A DNA stretch of 64,000 bases, taken from NCBI GenBank assembly GCA_039794085.1, contig JBDIWC010000001.1:96678-160677 (forward strand), written 5' to 3'. The position numbers were made by a program, and so were the translations under genes. Below, in pieces: positions 1 to 9,057 of the stretch. Origin of the DNA: Gemmatimonadales bacterium (GTDB lineage Bacteria; Gemmatimonadota; Gemmatimonadetes; Gemmatimonadales; GWC2-71-9). The first letter of the stretch is position 1. Every line of letters begins with the position of its first letter. The notes under the pieces were generated by a model that saw only the letters and a list, made by a program, of their open reading frames with translations, made no database searches and had not been told where the DNA came from.

Positions 1-1199
1 GTATCCTGTGGAATCACGAGGTCGGGCACAATGCCCCCCCCGCCACGCACCTCGCGCCCCTGATCCGTGCGAAAGAGGGGACGGGCCGTGATCGCGGTGT
101 CACCCAGCGGCGCGAACCCCGGGGATCCGTTCTCCTCGCCGGGGGACGGCGCCTGGATCGTCCTCCCGCTCGGGGTGAACCAGCGGCCCGTGGTGAGGCG
201 GAGCGCGGCGGAATCTCCCAGGGGGAACACCGACTGGACCACGCCCTTGCCATAGGACGGTTGTCCGATCACCAGGGCCCGATCGTGGTCCTGCAGGGCA
301 CCGGCCACGATCTCCGCCGCACTGGCGGTTCCCTCGTTGATCAGGATCGCCATGGGGAGGTCCCGGTACCGGTCCTGTCCGCTGGCCACATACGTCCGGT
401 TGACCTCGGGGGTGCGTCCCCGCACCGCGACGATCTCCTGTCCCCCCGCCAGGAAAAGATCCGCGATCGACACCCCCTGTTCGAGCACCCCGCCCGGATT
501 GCCGCGCAGGTCCAGGAGCAGGCGGGTCATGCCCAGGGGCTGAAGACTATCCAGCGTTTCCTGCAATTCCGCCGCGGATCGCTCGGTGATGGGGTTGACC
601 GCCACGTACGCCACGCCGGAGTCGAGGAGGGTGACCGCGATCACCGAGGGGCGATGCACCGCCTGTCGGACCAGGGTGACCTCGAAGGGGCGCGCGACCC
701 CGGGGCGGCGCACCTGGAGCCGCACGGCAGAGCCGGCTTCTCCCCGCAGTCGTGCCGAGGCCCCCCGGGTCACCACAGTTCCGTCGATCCGCAGCACCTG
801 GTCCCCGGTTCGCAGTCCGGATTGCTCGGCGGGTGAATTCGGGAGCACGGCCACCACCGTGGCTCCTCCACCCCGCTGGTCCAGCCGCAGACCCACGCCG
901 AAATAGTTGCCCGTGGTCTGCTCGGACAACTGCCGGGTTTCGTCACCCAGGAGCAGCTCGGCGTAGTCATCCTCCAGGCCAGCCAGCACCCCTTCGGCGG
1001 CGAGTTCGTACAGCTCCCCCGGGGCCAGCGAATCGACGGCGTGGCGCCGGATCGTCTCGTAGACATTCTGGAAGAGCCGGTTGGACGCGCCCTCCCCCGG
1101 CCCCGCGGCCTGGCCGGCCCCGGACCGGAGAATGAGTCCCCCACCCAGGAATGCCACCGCCAGAAGCACGGCTCCGGCCCATGGGCGTCCGGAGGTCAT
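1..1199 (-). CDS. S41 family C-terminal processing peptidase with PDZ domain (3' end runs off window)
   Basis: Not in the ORF track. Manual translation from ATG 1199 (ATGA overlap with tmk stop): [21 protein letters not shown]...[10 protein letters not shown]...[19 protein letters not shown]...LDLRGNPGG...[30 protein letters not shown]. Confidence 0.9.
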   Translation of the reverse strand, partial: [399 protein letters not shown]

Positions 1200-1837
1200 C
1201 GAGACACCTCGGCAGCCCGGCGGGCCTCCTGGAGGGCCAGCCAGGCCGCCTCCAACACGGCCTCCGGGGCCTCGGTCCCGTCCAGGTGGATCAGGCCCTC
1301 GCCCTCAGCGCTCCGGTAGAACTCCACCACCCGCGCGTGGAACTCCTCGCTTTCCCGGTCCAGACGATCCCCCGTCTTCCCGGCGCTCAGTTGCCGTCCA
1401 CGCCCCACGGGTGCCTGAAGGTCGAGCACCAGCGTCAGGTCGGGCTGCAGCCCCCCCGTAGCCGCACGGTTCACCCAGTTCAATGGGTCCGGAGAGATCC
1501 CCCGGCCCGCGCCCTGATAGGCTCGCGTGGAGAGATCATATCGGTCGGAGAGCACCAGACGACCGGCCGAGAGGGCGGGCTGGATGACCCGGGCCACCAG
1601 ATCGGCCCGGGCGGTGACAGCATAGAGGAGCTCTCGCTCCGGGGTGAGGTGATCCCCCTCAAGCATGGCGGACCGGAGCGCTTCCGCCACCGGAGTCCCT
1701 CCCGGTTCCCGCACCACAACCGGCTCGACCCCCTCGGCGCGGAGCCGTGTGGCCAGCGCCGACACCAGGGTGCTCTTCCCGGCGCCCTCCGGGCCCTCCA
1801 CGACCACAAAAAAACCCGGCATGCAGGATGCGTTCAC
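1196..1837 (-). CDS. tmk: Thymidylate kinase (start may be ATG 1822)
   Basis: EGPEGAGKST P-loop, REPGGT, SDRY..ST.AYQG, PDLTLVLD. Confidence 0.95.
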   Translation of the reverse strand: MNASCMPGFFVVVEGPEGAGKSTLVSALATRLRAEGVEPVVVREPGGTPVAEALRSAMLEGDHLTPERELLYAVTARADLVARVIQPALSAGRLVLSDRYDLSTRAYQGAGRGISPDPLNWVNRAATGGLQPDLTLVLDLQAPVGRGRQLSAGKTGDRLDRESEEFHARVVEFYRSAEGEGLIHLDGTEAPEAVLEAAWLALQEARRAAEVSR

Positions 1838-2187
1838 TAGAGGGTGATGATGCTGCTGGTGGCGCCCTTTTCGATTCCGGCGCTGATCTGCTGGTTCACG
1901 TGGACCATCAGCTTGTCGAAATTGGCCCGCGCCACCACATAGCTCTGCCCCACCGGACTGAGTTCCAGATCATGGACGGCCTCCTCATACTTCCGGGTCG
2001 TGTCCTCATCGGGCATCCCCCCCTGGTGGATCATGTCGTCCACTTGCCGAGCCAGCGTCTGGATCGCCTCCAGGAGCGCCACCGTCTCGGCGTCGGCCCG
2101 CAGGTCCGTTTCCGCTCTCCGCAGCGCCTTGTACTCCGTGGATTGGCCCAGCAGGCGTCCGAGTTCCCGCGCCTTGTCATCAATCAT
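1837..2187 (-). CDS. YlbF/YmcA-like (Com_YlbF) regulator
   Basis: 116-aa helical protein, KARELGRLLGQSTEYKAL; overlaps both neighbours in the operon. Confidence 0.7.
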   Translation of the reverse strand: MIDDKARELGRLLGQSTEYKALRRAETDLRADAETVALLEAIQTLARQVDDMIHQGGMPDEDTTRKYEEAVHDLELSPVGQSYVVARANFDKLMVHVNQQISAGIEKGATSSIITL

Positions 2188-3038
2188 GGGATCGGTCCTC
2201 GACGCGCGGTGACAAACCGGTCGCGTCCGAAAAGGTCAACATGTACGGCCACGGCACTCCATCCAGCGTCAGAAGCCAGTGTTGCCACCTTGGCCGCGCG
2301 CGAAACATCCACCTCCAGCGCCAGCATCCCACCAGGCACAAGCACGCGCAGGGCATCCTGCACCAGAACACGGTAGGTGAACATGCCATCCACTCCCCCC
2401 ACCAGGGCCAGGCCCGGCTCCCAGTCACGAACACCTGGTTCCAGCAGGCGATGCTCCTCCACCGTCAGATACGGCGGATTGGAGACGACCACGCTCATCG
2501 ATCCCGCCGCGATCGCCGTCGTGAGATCGCCTGCAAGGTATCGCACCGGGAGCCCCAGTGCCACGGCGTTGGCCCGGGCCACGGCGAGAGCCTCGCGCGA
2601 GACATCCACCCCGATCACCGGACCGAGCCGCCCCGCGGATTCCTCGGCCAGGGCCAAGGCCACGCACCCGCTTCCGGTTCCGACATCGAGCACCCGTCCC
2701 CCTCCGGGGGGAGCGTGCGCGAAGACCAGGTCCACCAGCCCCTCGGTCTCAGGTCGGGGAATCAGCACCTGCCGGTTCACCCCGATGCGGAGCCGCCGGA
2801 ACTCGGTCCATCCAGCGATCTGTGCCGCCGGCTCCCCGGCACATCGCCGGGTTATGAGGGCCGTGAAGTGGGCCGCCGTCTCCGGGGCAAGCACCTGGTC
2901 CCCCCGGAGCGCCGCCATTCCCAGCGATTCCTCGAGAAGATCGGCGAGAAGACGTCGCGCCTCCCGCCGGGGATCACTCACTCCCGATCGGGCCAGCGCG
3001 GACGCGGCCTCCGCGATCGCCTCCCGCCGGGTGGTCAC
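2184..3038 (-). CDS. prmC: Release factor glutamine methyltransferase
   Basis: VLIPRPETE, LDVGTGSGC, SNPPY; directly downstream of prfA. Confidence 0.95.
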   Translation of the reverse strand: MTTRREAIAEAASALARSGVSDPRREARRLLADLLEESLGMAALRGDQVLAPETAAHFTALITRRCAGEPAAQIAGWTEFRRLRIGVNRQVLIPRPETEGLVDLVFAHAPPGGGRVLDVGTGSGCVALALAEESAGRLGPVIGVDVSREALAVARANAVALGLPVRYLAGDLTTAIAAGSMSVVVSNPPYLTVEEHRLLEPGVRDWEPGLALVGGVDGMFTYRVLVQDALRVLVPGGMLALEVDVSRAAKVATLASDAGWSAVAVHVDLFGRDRFVTARRGPIP

Positions 3039-4100
3039 TCAGGCGCCTGCCCGTTCCTCCCGGCTGGCCACCCGGAGAGCCGCCATGATCTCCTCGAGAT
3101 CTCCGTCCATGACATCCGGGAGGTTGTGCACCGAGAGATTGATCCGGTGGTCCGTCACCCGGCTCTGCGGAAAATTGTAGGTACGGATCTTGGCCGAGCG
3201 GTCCCCCGTTCCCACCATGGCCTGGCGCTCGGTCCGTCGGGCCGCCTCCTTCTCGGCGATGGCCCGGTCGAGCAGGCGAGCGCGGAGTACCTCCATCGCC
3301 TTGATCTTGTTCTGAAGCTGTGATTTCTGGTCCTGCTGGCTCACGACCGTGCCGGTGGGAAGATGGGTGATCCGCACCGCACTGTCGGTCGTGTTCACAC
3401 TCTGGCCTCCCGGGCCGGAGGAGCGGAACACGTCGATCTTGAGGTCCTGGGGATCAATGGCCACGTCCACGTCCTCCGCCTCGGGGAGGACGGCCACCGT
3501 GGCGGCCGACGTGTGGATCCGACCCTGTGATTCCGTGGCCGGAACCCGCTGCACGCGGTGGACCCCCGATTCCCGCCGCAACAGGCCGTAAGCCCCCGGT
3601 CCCCGGATCGCGGAGATCACCTCCTTGATTCCGCCCGCCGCCCCTTCGCTCACGGAGATCGCCTCGACGCGAAGTCGGTTCCGCTCGCAGAATCGAGTGT
3701 ACATTCGATGGAGTTCCGCGGCGAAGAGGGCCGCTTCCTCGCCTCCGGTGCCGGCCCGGATCTCCAGGATCGCATCCCGGTCGTCCAGGGGATCCCGGGG
3801 AAGGAGAAGGGCGGTGAGCTCGGCGCGGAGGGCATCGATGGTGCCGGGAAGCCGGTCCAGATCGGCCTGGATGAGGGCGAGAAAATCGGGGTCCTCGGTG
3901 TCCTTGGCAAGGTCGCGCGCCTGCCGGAGTTCCCCCTCCAGCTGGGAGACCTGAGCAGCCAGGCGACCAATCGGAGCCAGCCGGGCATGCTCCCGCCCGA
4001 GGGCGGTCAGACGAGCCGGATCTCGGACCGTTCCGGGATCCGCCAGTTCCCGGGCAACCTCCTCCGCCCGCTCCAGCGCCTGGCGGAGCAGGGCGTCCAT
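3039..4100 (-). CDS. prfA: Peptide chain release factor 1
   Basis: GGQ motif (SSGPGGQSVNTTDSAVR), PAT tripeptide (RVPATES), RTYNFPQ. Confidence 0.97.
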   Translation of the reverse strand: MDALLRQALERAEEVARELADPGTVRDPARLTALGREHARLAPIGRLAAQVSQLEGELRQARDLAKDTEDPDFLALIQADLDRLPGTIDALRAELTALLLPRDPLDDRDAILEIRAGTGGEEAALFAAELHRMYTRFCERNRLRVEAISVSEGAAGGIKEVISAIRGPGAYGLLRRESGVHRVQRVPATESQGRIHTSAATVAVLPEAEDVDVAIDPQDLKIDVFRSSGPGGQSVNTTDSAVRITHLPTGTVVSQQDQKSQLQNKIKAMEVLRARLLDRAIAEKEAARRTERQAMVGTGDRSAKIRTYNFPQSRVTDHRINLSVHNLPDVMDGDLEEIMAALRVASREERAGA

Positions 4101-4103
4101 GAC

Positions 4104-4322
4104 TCAGGCCTTGGCGTCGGCCGCGTCGCTGGCGTACTTGCGGCGGAACCGGTCCACCCGACCCGCGGTGTCCAGCATGCGCTGCTTGCCCGTGAAGTAC
4201 GGGTGACAGGCGGAACAAACCTCCACACGGATCGAGTCGGAGGTGGACCGGGTACTGATCGAGTTCCCGCAGGCACAGAGCGCCGTCATGGTCTTGTAGA
4301 CGGGATGAACATTCGGCTTCAC
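4104..4322 (-). CDS. rpmE: 50S ribosomal protein L31 (Zn-binding type)
   Basis: GTG start 4322: KPNVHP.Y...CACGN...EVCSACHPYFTGKQR.LDTAGRVDRF. Confidence 0.95.
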   Translation of the reverse strand: MKPNVHPVYKTMTALCACGNSISTRSTSDSIRVEVCSACHPYFTGKQRMLDTAGRVDRFRRKYASDAADAKA

Positions 4323-4463
4323 GCGCAACTCCTTGGGCAGATGCCCTGACCCGGGGGTCCGGGAACCGGGCAAAAATGGCGATAGCCTTGTATTTTACAC
4401 TGGAATACGGTCTCCAGCAAGGTGTGACGTGGGACACGGCGGGAGACGGGAGGGGGCCCCACC

Positions 4464-5186
4464 TTGGGGGACGTGGTCTCGACCCTGGGCGTCAGGAAGA
4501 CAGTGCCGGTTGCTCCGATCGACGTATTGCGCAACATCCCGCTCTTCGGGGCCCTGCCCGTGGAAGACCTCGCCACGTTCGCCGGCCTGATGCGCGAGCG
4601 CCACGTATCGCGGGGTTCCATGATCCTGATGCAGGGGGACCCGGGGGACGCGCTCTATGTCATCGCACAGGGAAGAGTCAAGATCCTGCTGATCGGCGAG
4701 GACGGCCGGGAGGTCATTCTCTCCGTGATGGAAGAGGGCGCCTTTTTCGGAGACATGGCCCTGCTCGACGATGAACCCCGCTCGGCCCACGTGGTGGCGA
4801 TGACCGACGCTCGACTCCTCCTCCTTCGGCGGGAGGACTTTCAGGCCCGGCTCCGTGCCTCCCCCGACGTGGCCATCGGTCTGTTGCGTGAGCTCTCCCG
4901 GCGGCTTCGCCGGGCCGACGACACCATCGGGAGCCTTGCCCTGCGGGACGTCCAAGGACGGGTCGCCCACCTCATCCTGGAACTGGCCCAGGAGGAGGGA
5001 GGACATCGCATCACCCGGCGCCTCACCCACGCCACGATCGCCCAGATGGTGGGGGCGAGCCGGGAAACCGCCTCGCGTGCCCTCCGATCCCTGGTCACCG
5101 CCGGGGTGATTCAGGTCACCCGCCGTGAGATAACCATCCTTGACCTCGCGGCCCTGAAGGCCACGAGCGAGCGCAGTTCCCGATGA
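4464..5186 (+). CDS. Crp/Fnr family transcriptional regulator
   Basis: cNMP domain (FFGDMALLDDEPRSA) and HTH (THATIAQMVGASRETASRAL). Confidence 0.93.
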   Translation: MGDVVSTLGVRKTVPVAPIDVLRNIPLFGALPVEDLATFAGLMRERHVSRGSMILMQGDPGDALYVIAQGRVKILLIGEDGREVILSVMEEGAFFGDMALLDDEPRSAHVVAMTDARLLLLRREDFQARLRASPDVAIGLLRELSRRLRRADDTIGSLALRDVQGRVAHLILELAQEEGGHRITRRLTHATIAQMVGASRETASRALRSLVTAGVIQVTRREITILDLAALKATSERSSR

Positions 5187-6055
5187 CCCTGAGCCTCGTG
5201 TTCCACGGCACTCGCGGCTCGGTCCCCGTGTCCGGTGTCGGCACCCTCCGTTACGGAGGAAACACCCCGTGCCTGGAAATCCGATCCGCCGAGGGGGGGG
5301 AGGGGGCGGGGCGCGTCATCCTCGACGCCGGAACCGGCATCCGGTGTGTGCCGCCCGCCCCTCCGGGGACCACCGAAACACTCCTCCTGAGCCACACCCA
5401 CTGGGACCACATTCAGGGGTTCCCGTTCTTCCCCTCCCTCCACCAGGAGGGAGTCGCCATCCGCATCCTGGGCCCGGCATCCCCCGATCACTCGGTCCAT
5501 TCCACCCTCTCGGGAATGATGTCCCCCCCGGTGTTTCCCCTTCCCCTCACCTCGGTCCCCGCCGACCTGTCGGTGGAGGATCTGACCACCACTCCCACCC
5601 TCATCACCACTCCGGACCGCTTCGAGATCCTCACCCACCCCCTCCACCACACGGGGCCCACCCTGGGGTTCCGGGTGCGGCACGCGGACGGACCCGCCTC
5701 CGTGACCTATGTCACAGACAATGAACTCGGCTCGGACCTATCGTTATCGCGGCGCGTTGCGCTCGTCCAATTCGTGCGGGGATCGAGTCTGCTGGTTCAT
5801 GACGCGATGTATCGGGACGACGAAATAGGCACCCGGGCAGGGTGGGGACATTCTTCCATTGGTGAGGCAACTCGGCTCGCTCTGGAGGCTGGGTGCCCGA
5901 AGCTGGTACTATTCCATCACGCACCCGACCGGTGCGACCGGGCCATTGATGCCATGGCGGACGAGGCCCGGGCGGTGGCGGAAAACCTCGAGGGGACCAT
6001 CGAGATCATCGCCGCCCATGACACGATGCACCTGACCCTCCAGGAGGGGCCATGA
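5183..6055 (+). CDS. MBL-fold metallo-hydrolase (possible cyclic-nucleotide phosphodiesterase)
   Basis: GTRGS...YGGNTPC, HTHWDH, TDNE, HDA, GHSS, FHH. Confidence 0.88.
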   Translation: MTLSLVFHGTRGSVPVSGVGTLRYGGNTPCLEIRSAEGGEGAGRVILDAGTGIRCVPPAPPGTTETLLLSHTHWDHIQGFPFFPSLHQEGVAIRILGPASPDHSVHSTLSGMMSPPVFPLPLTSVPADLSVEDLTTTPTLITTPDRFEILTHPLHHTGPTLGFRVRHADGPASVTYVTDNELGSDLSLSRRVALVQFVRGSSLLVHDAMYRDDEIGTRAGWGHSSIGEATRLALEAGCPKLVLFHHAPDRCDRAIDAMADEARAVAENLEGTIEIIAAHDTMHLTLQEGP

Positions 6056-6744
6056 CATATCGCGTGACCACATTTTTCCTGCTCTCGGCCCTTGGACTCG
6101 GCGGGGCGCTCCCCGTGGCCGGACAGGACGCCCGTCCGGGACTCGCGGTGCTCCCCTTTGAAAATGGCGGATCCTACGGCAAGAACCGCGAGGATTTCGA
6201 CGCGCTCAGCCGGGGAATCGCCGGCATGCTCATCTCCGATCTCAGCCAGGTGCCCAACCTGCGGATCGTCGACCGCGCCCACACCCAGCGGCTGCTCGAC
6301 GAACAGGATCTGTCCGCGGGGGGACGAGTGGACGCCGCCACGGCAGCCCGGGTGGGGCGTTTGGTGGGGGCCCGGTACATGATCGCCGGAACGTTCATCG
6401 ATCTCTATGGCGAATTTCGGATCGACGCACGGGTCATCGATGTCGAAACCGGAGAAATACTCCGAACCGTGCGCAGTGACCCCCGCCTCACCGAGGCCAA
6501 GGAACTCGACGGAATCATCCGGTCCGTGGCCACCTCGGTGCTCGAGGGCCTTGACCTCCCCGCTCTCGCCCGCCGGTCGGCCCTTGCCGTGCCCTCGGAG
6601 GCGATCACCCTCTATAGCCGCGGTCTCCTCTACGAGGATCGTGGAGACCAGAGACGGGCGGTGGAGTACTACCGGCGAGCGCTCGACCTCTTTCCGGAGT
6701 ACGCCGAAGCCCGCGAAGGACTCCGCAAGGCCGGGAATCGCTGA
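6052..6744 (+). CDS. Secreted CsgG/FlgO (TolB-N-like) domain protein with C-terminal TPR
   Basis: Signal peptide; LAVLPFEN; AARVGRLVGARYMIAG; RIDARVIDVETGEI; TPR-like tail. Confidence 0.8.
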   Translation: MTYRVTTFFLLSALGLGGALPVAGQDARPGLAVLPFENGGSYGKNREDFDALSRGIAGMLISDLSQVPNLRIVDRAHTQRLLDEQDLSAGGRVDAATAARVGRLVGARYMIAGTFIDLYGEFRIDARVIDVETGEILRTVRSDPRLTEAKELDGIIRSVATSVLEGLDLPALARRSALAVPSEAITLYSRGLLYEDRGDQRRAVEYYRRALDLFPEYAEAREGLRKAGNR

Positions 6745-6781
6745 GCCCGGGCAAGCGCCGCCCCCCACAGCTGCGGAAGGT

Positions 6782-8026
6782 TCACTCGCGGTCTGACCCG
6801 GGAGGCGTTGCGCGGGCCGGAGTCGTCCCCACCCGTCGCAGGCTCAGCGCGGTTCCAAGCCACAGGGGAACCGCCAGCGCCGCCACGGAACCCGCGGGTT
6901 GGGACACGACCCCGCTCACCGACAGCAGCGCTCCCAGGAGGGACACCGCGGCTGCCGCGGCCGCCGTCACGCGGGCGGCCTCAACCGCCCCCCGGCGCCC
7001 CCGAATCATCCCGGGAAACAGCCCCAGCAGCACCAACCCCAGCAGATTGGTGTGAAAGAGGTTGGCGTTGCCGTAGGCCACTCGATGGGTGCTCAGGGTC
7101 CAGAGGGCGAGGAGCACGAGACCGGACACGGCGGCGGTCAGAGCCCAGAGTCCCGCCAGCCCGAAGAAAATGCGCTGATGCCCGGCCGTGGCGGCCTGCA
7201 CCATGATTCCGGACGCCAGGACCCCCACCAGCAGAAACCACCGTCCCCAGCGTGGCGGCTCCTCCGGAACCGCATAGCGCGCGTCGCCGACCACCTCCTG
7301 CTCGGCCACCACCAGGGGCACCACCGAGTCGCCGGCGGGCACGGACACCAGGCGCAGGAATCGCTGCAGTTCCTCCGGGAGGAACGACGCCTCCCACGCC
7401 GTGATGGGGTGGTCGGTCGACGGACCGAGCAGAAGGTCAAGACCGAGATAGACTCCCGGATTGTTGGTGACCGAGCGAAGCGAGTGATCCCGGAACGTGG
7501 TCCCCGTGGCTCGGGAGGCCAGTCCCTCATGCAGCGCGCCGCGCAGGACCCGGTCCAGGACGTCGCGGAGCCGAGTGCTGCAGTTGTCGAGATAGTAGTC
7601 GTATGGGTAGGTCCATCCGCCGGGGCTGGTCACCCGGGCCACGTCCGCATCGAGTGCCGCCTGGAGCTCGGCGATCTGGTCCTGGGTCAGGGCCAACTGC
7701 TGGATGCTCACGGAGCGCCCCCGGGCGCCGTATCCCTGCACCACCCGGGTCACCGTGGCCGAGTCCATCGAGTAGGCCATCTCGCCCAGGGCAAAGCGCA
7801 AAAAGAAGCGCTCGGCCCGGAAGTCGAATCGCCCGTAATCGTAGGCGAGGTCGGTGCGCCCGGGGGGCGCCCCGGGATCATGGATCCAGATGGCGTTGTG
7901 CCCGAATCGTTCCCAGACCTCTCGGCCGGGACCGACCGTCACGAGATAGGCGATCCGGTCCGGGGACGAGGCGAGGGAGGGGTCTCCTCCTTGGAGAAGA
8001 GCCGCCAGCGCGGCCGCCGCGATCAC
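6782..8026 (-). CDS. DUF4105 / Lnb-like membrane protein (putative lipoprotein N-acyltransferase)
   Basis: GTG 8026 overlaps the upstream stop; FGHNAIW, YDYGRFDF, YDYYLDNCSTR, FLP; C-terminal TM helices. Confidence 0.8.
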   Translation of the reverse strand: MIAAAALAALLQGGDPSLASSPDRIAYLVTVGPGREVWERFGHNAIWIHDPGAPPGRTDLAYDYGRFDFRAERFFLRFALGEMAYSMDSATVTRVVQGYGARGRSVSIQQLALTQDQIAELQAALDADVARVTSPGGWTYPYDYYLDNCSTRLRDVLDRVLRGALHEGLASRATGTTFRDHSLRSVTNNPGVYLGLDLLLGPSTDHPITAWEASFLPEELQRFLRLVSVPAGDSVVPLVVAEQEVVGDARYAVPEEPPRWGRWFLLVGVLASGIMVQAATAGHQRIFFGLAGLWALTAAVSGLVLLALWTLSTHRVAYGNANLFHTNLLGLVLLGLFPGMIRGRRGAVEAARVTAAAAAAVSLLGALLSVSGVVSQPAGSVAALAVPLWLGTALSLRRVGTTPARATPPGSDRE

Positions 8027-9021
8027 GGAGCGATGTCCCGCCCCGCCTGGTGCGACTGGTAGACCGCCTCCAGCACTCGCAGTACCGTGAGTTGCTCCTC
8101 GAGCGACGGGGCTTCCGCTTCGCCGGCGATGGCCGCGAGAAAGTGGGCCCACTGAGCCCGGAACGAACTGATGAAGAGGTTCTCCCGGCTCCCCGACCCG
8201 GTGGGAGAGACATCATGGGCGACACCGTGCATCTCCTTCCACACCTGGAGCGGGTTGATGCCGGCGGTTCCCTTGCTCCCCCGGATCCCCACCCCGAAGT
8301 GTTCGCCCTGCCCGATGTGCCGCCACGTCACATCGATGAAGATCGAGGGACCTCCCTGGCAGATCACCAGCGCATCCCCCGATTGTTCCACCAGACGTTC
8401 CCGCCCCGCCATGGCGAGGGCGGCGCTCACCCGGGCCGGCGTGGGATGGCCGGCCAACCAGAGACAGAGGTCGATCAGGGTGCTCCCCAGATCGAGCATC
8501 GCTCCCCCGCCCGAGAGTTCGGGTCGTTGCCGCCACCCCAGCTGGGCCCGGGCCGGACGCGCCACATGCCAGCTGGCCCGGACGCTGTCGATGGTACCGA
8601 GCTCCCCGCTGCTCGCGAAACTGTGGATGGTCTGAATGTCGGAACGGTACCGGTGATGCACGCCGACCATCACAAGACGATCGGAGCGCTCCGCGGCCTT
8701 GATCACCCGTCGGGCGCTGGCCGTGTTGATGGCGAGGGGTTTCTCCACCAGCACGTGAGCCCCCGCCGACAGCGCGGCCACGATGTGGGCCTCATGGAGA
8801 TGGTTCGGGGTGCACACCACCAGCGCATCCAGGGGTGTGTTCCCGAGCATTTCCTCGAGATCATCGCTGACCGAGGGAATGCCATGTCGCTGGGCGAGGG
8901 CCCGAGCCTTTTGCAGATCGGAGTCGCAGATGCCGACGACCTCGATTCCCTTCAACCGTTTCATGACCGGGAGATGAGCCACCTGGACGATGGCCCCCGC
9001 CCCGACGATTCCAATACGCAT
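8023..9021 (-). CDS. Gfo/Idh/MocA family oxidoreductase
   Basis: IGIVGAG, HVLVEKP, GGGAMLDLGSTLID. Confidence 0.92.
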   Translation of the reverse strand: MRIGIVGAGAIVQVAHLPVMKRLKGIEVVGICDSDLQKARALAQRHGIPSVSDDLEEMLGNTPLDALVVCTPNHLHEAHIVAALSAGAHVLVEKPLAINTASARRVIKAAERSDRLVMVGVHHRYRSDIQTIHSFASSGELGTIDSVRASWHVARPARAQLGWRQRPELSGGGAMLDLGSTLIDLCLWLAGHPTPARVSAALAMAGRERLVEQSGDALVICQGGPSIFIDVTWRHIGQGEHFGVGIRGSKGTAGINPLQVWKEMHGVAHDVSPTGSGSRENLFISSFRAQWAHFLAAIAGEAEAPSLEEQLTVLRVLEAVYQSHQAGRDIAP

Positions 9022-9057
9022 GCCGCCCCCTCGGAAACTGGTCACCCGCCACCCGAC

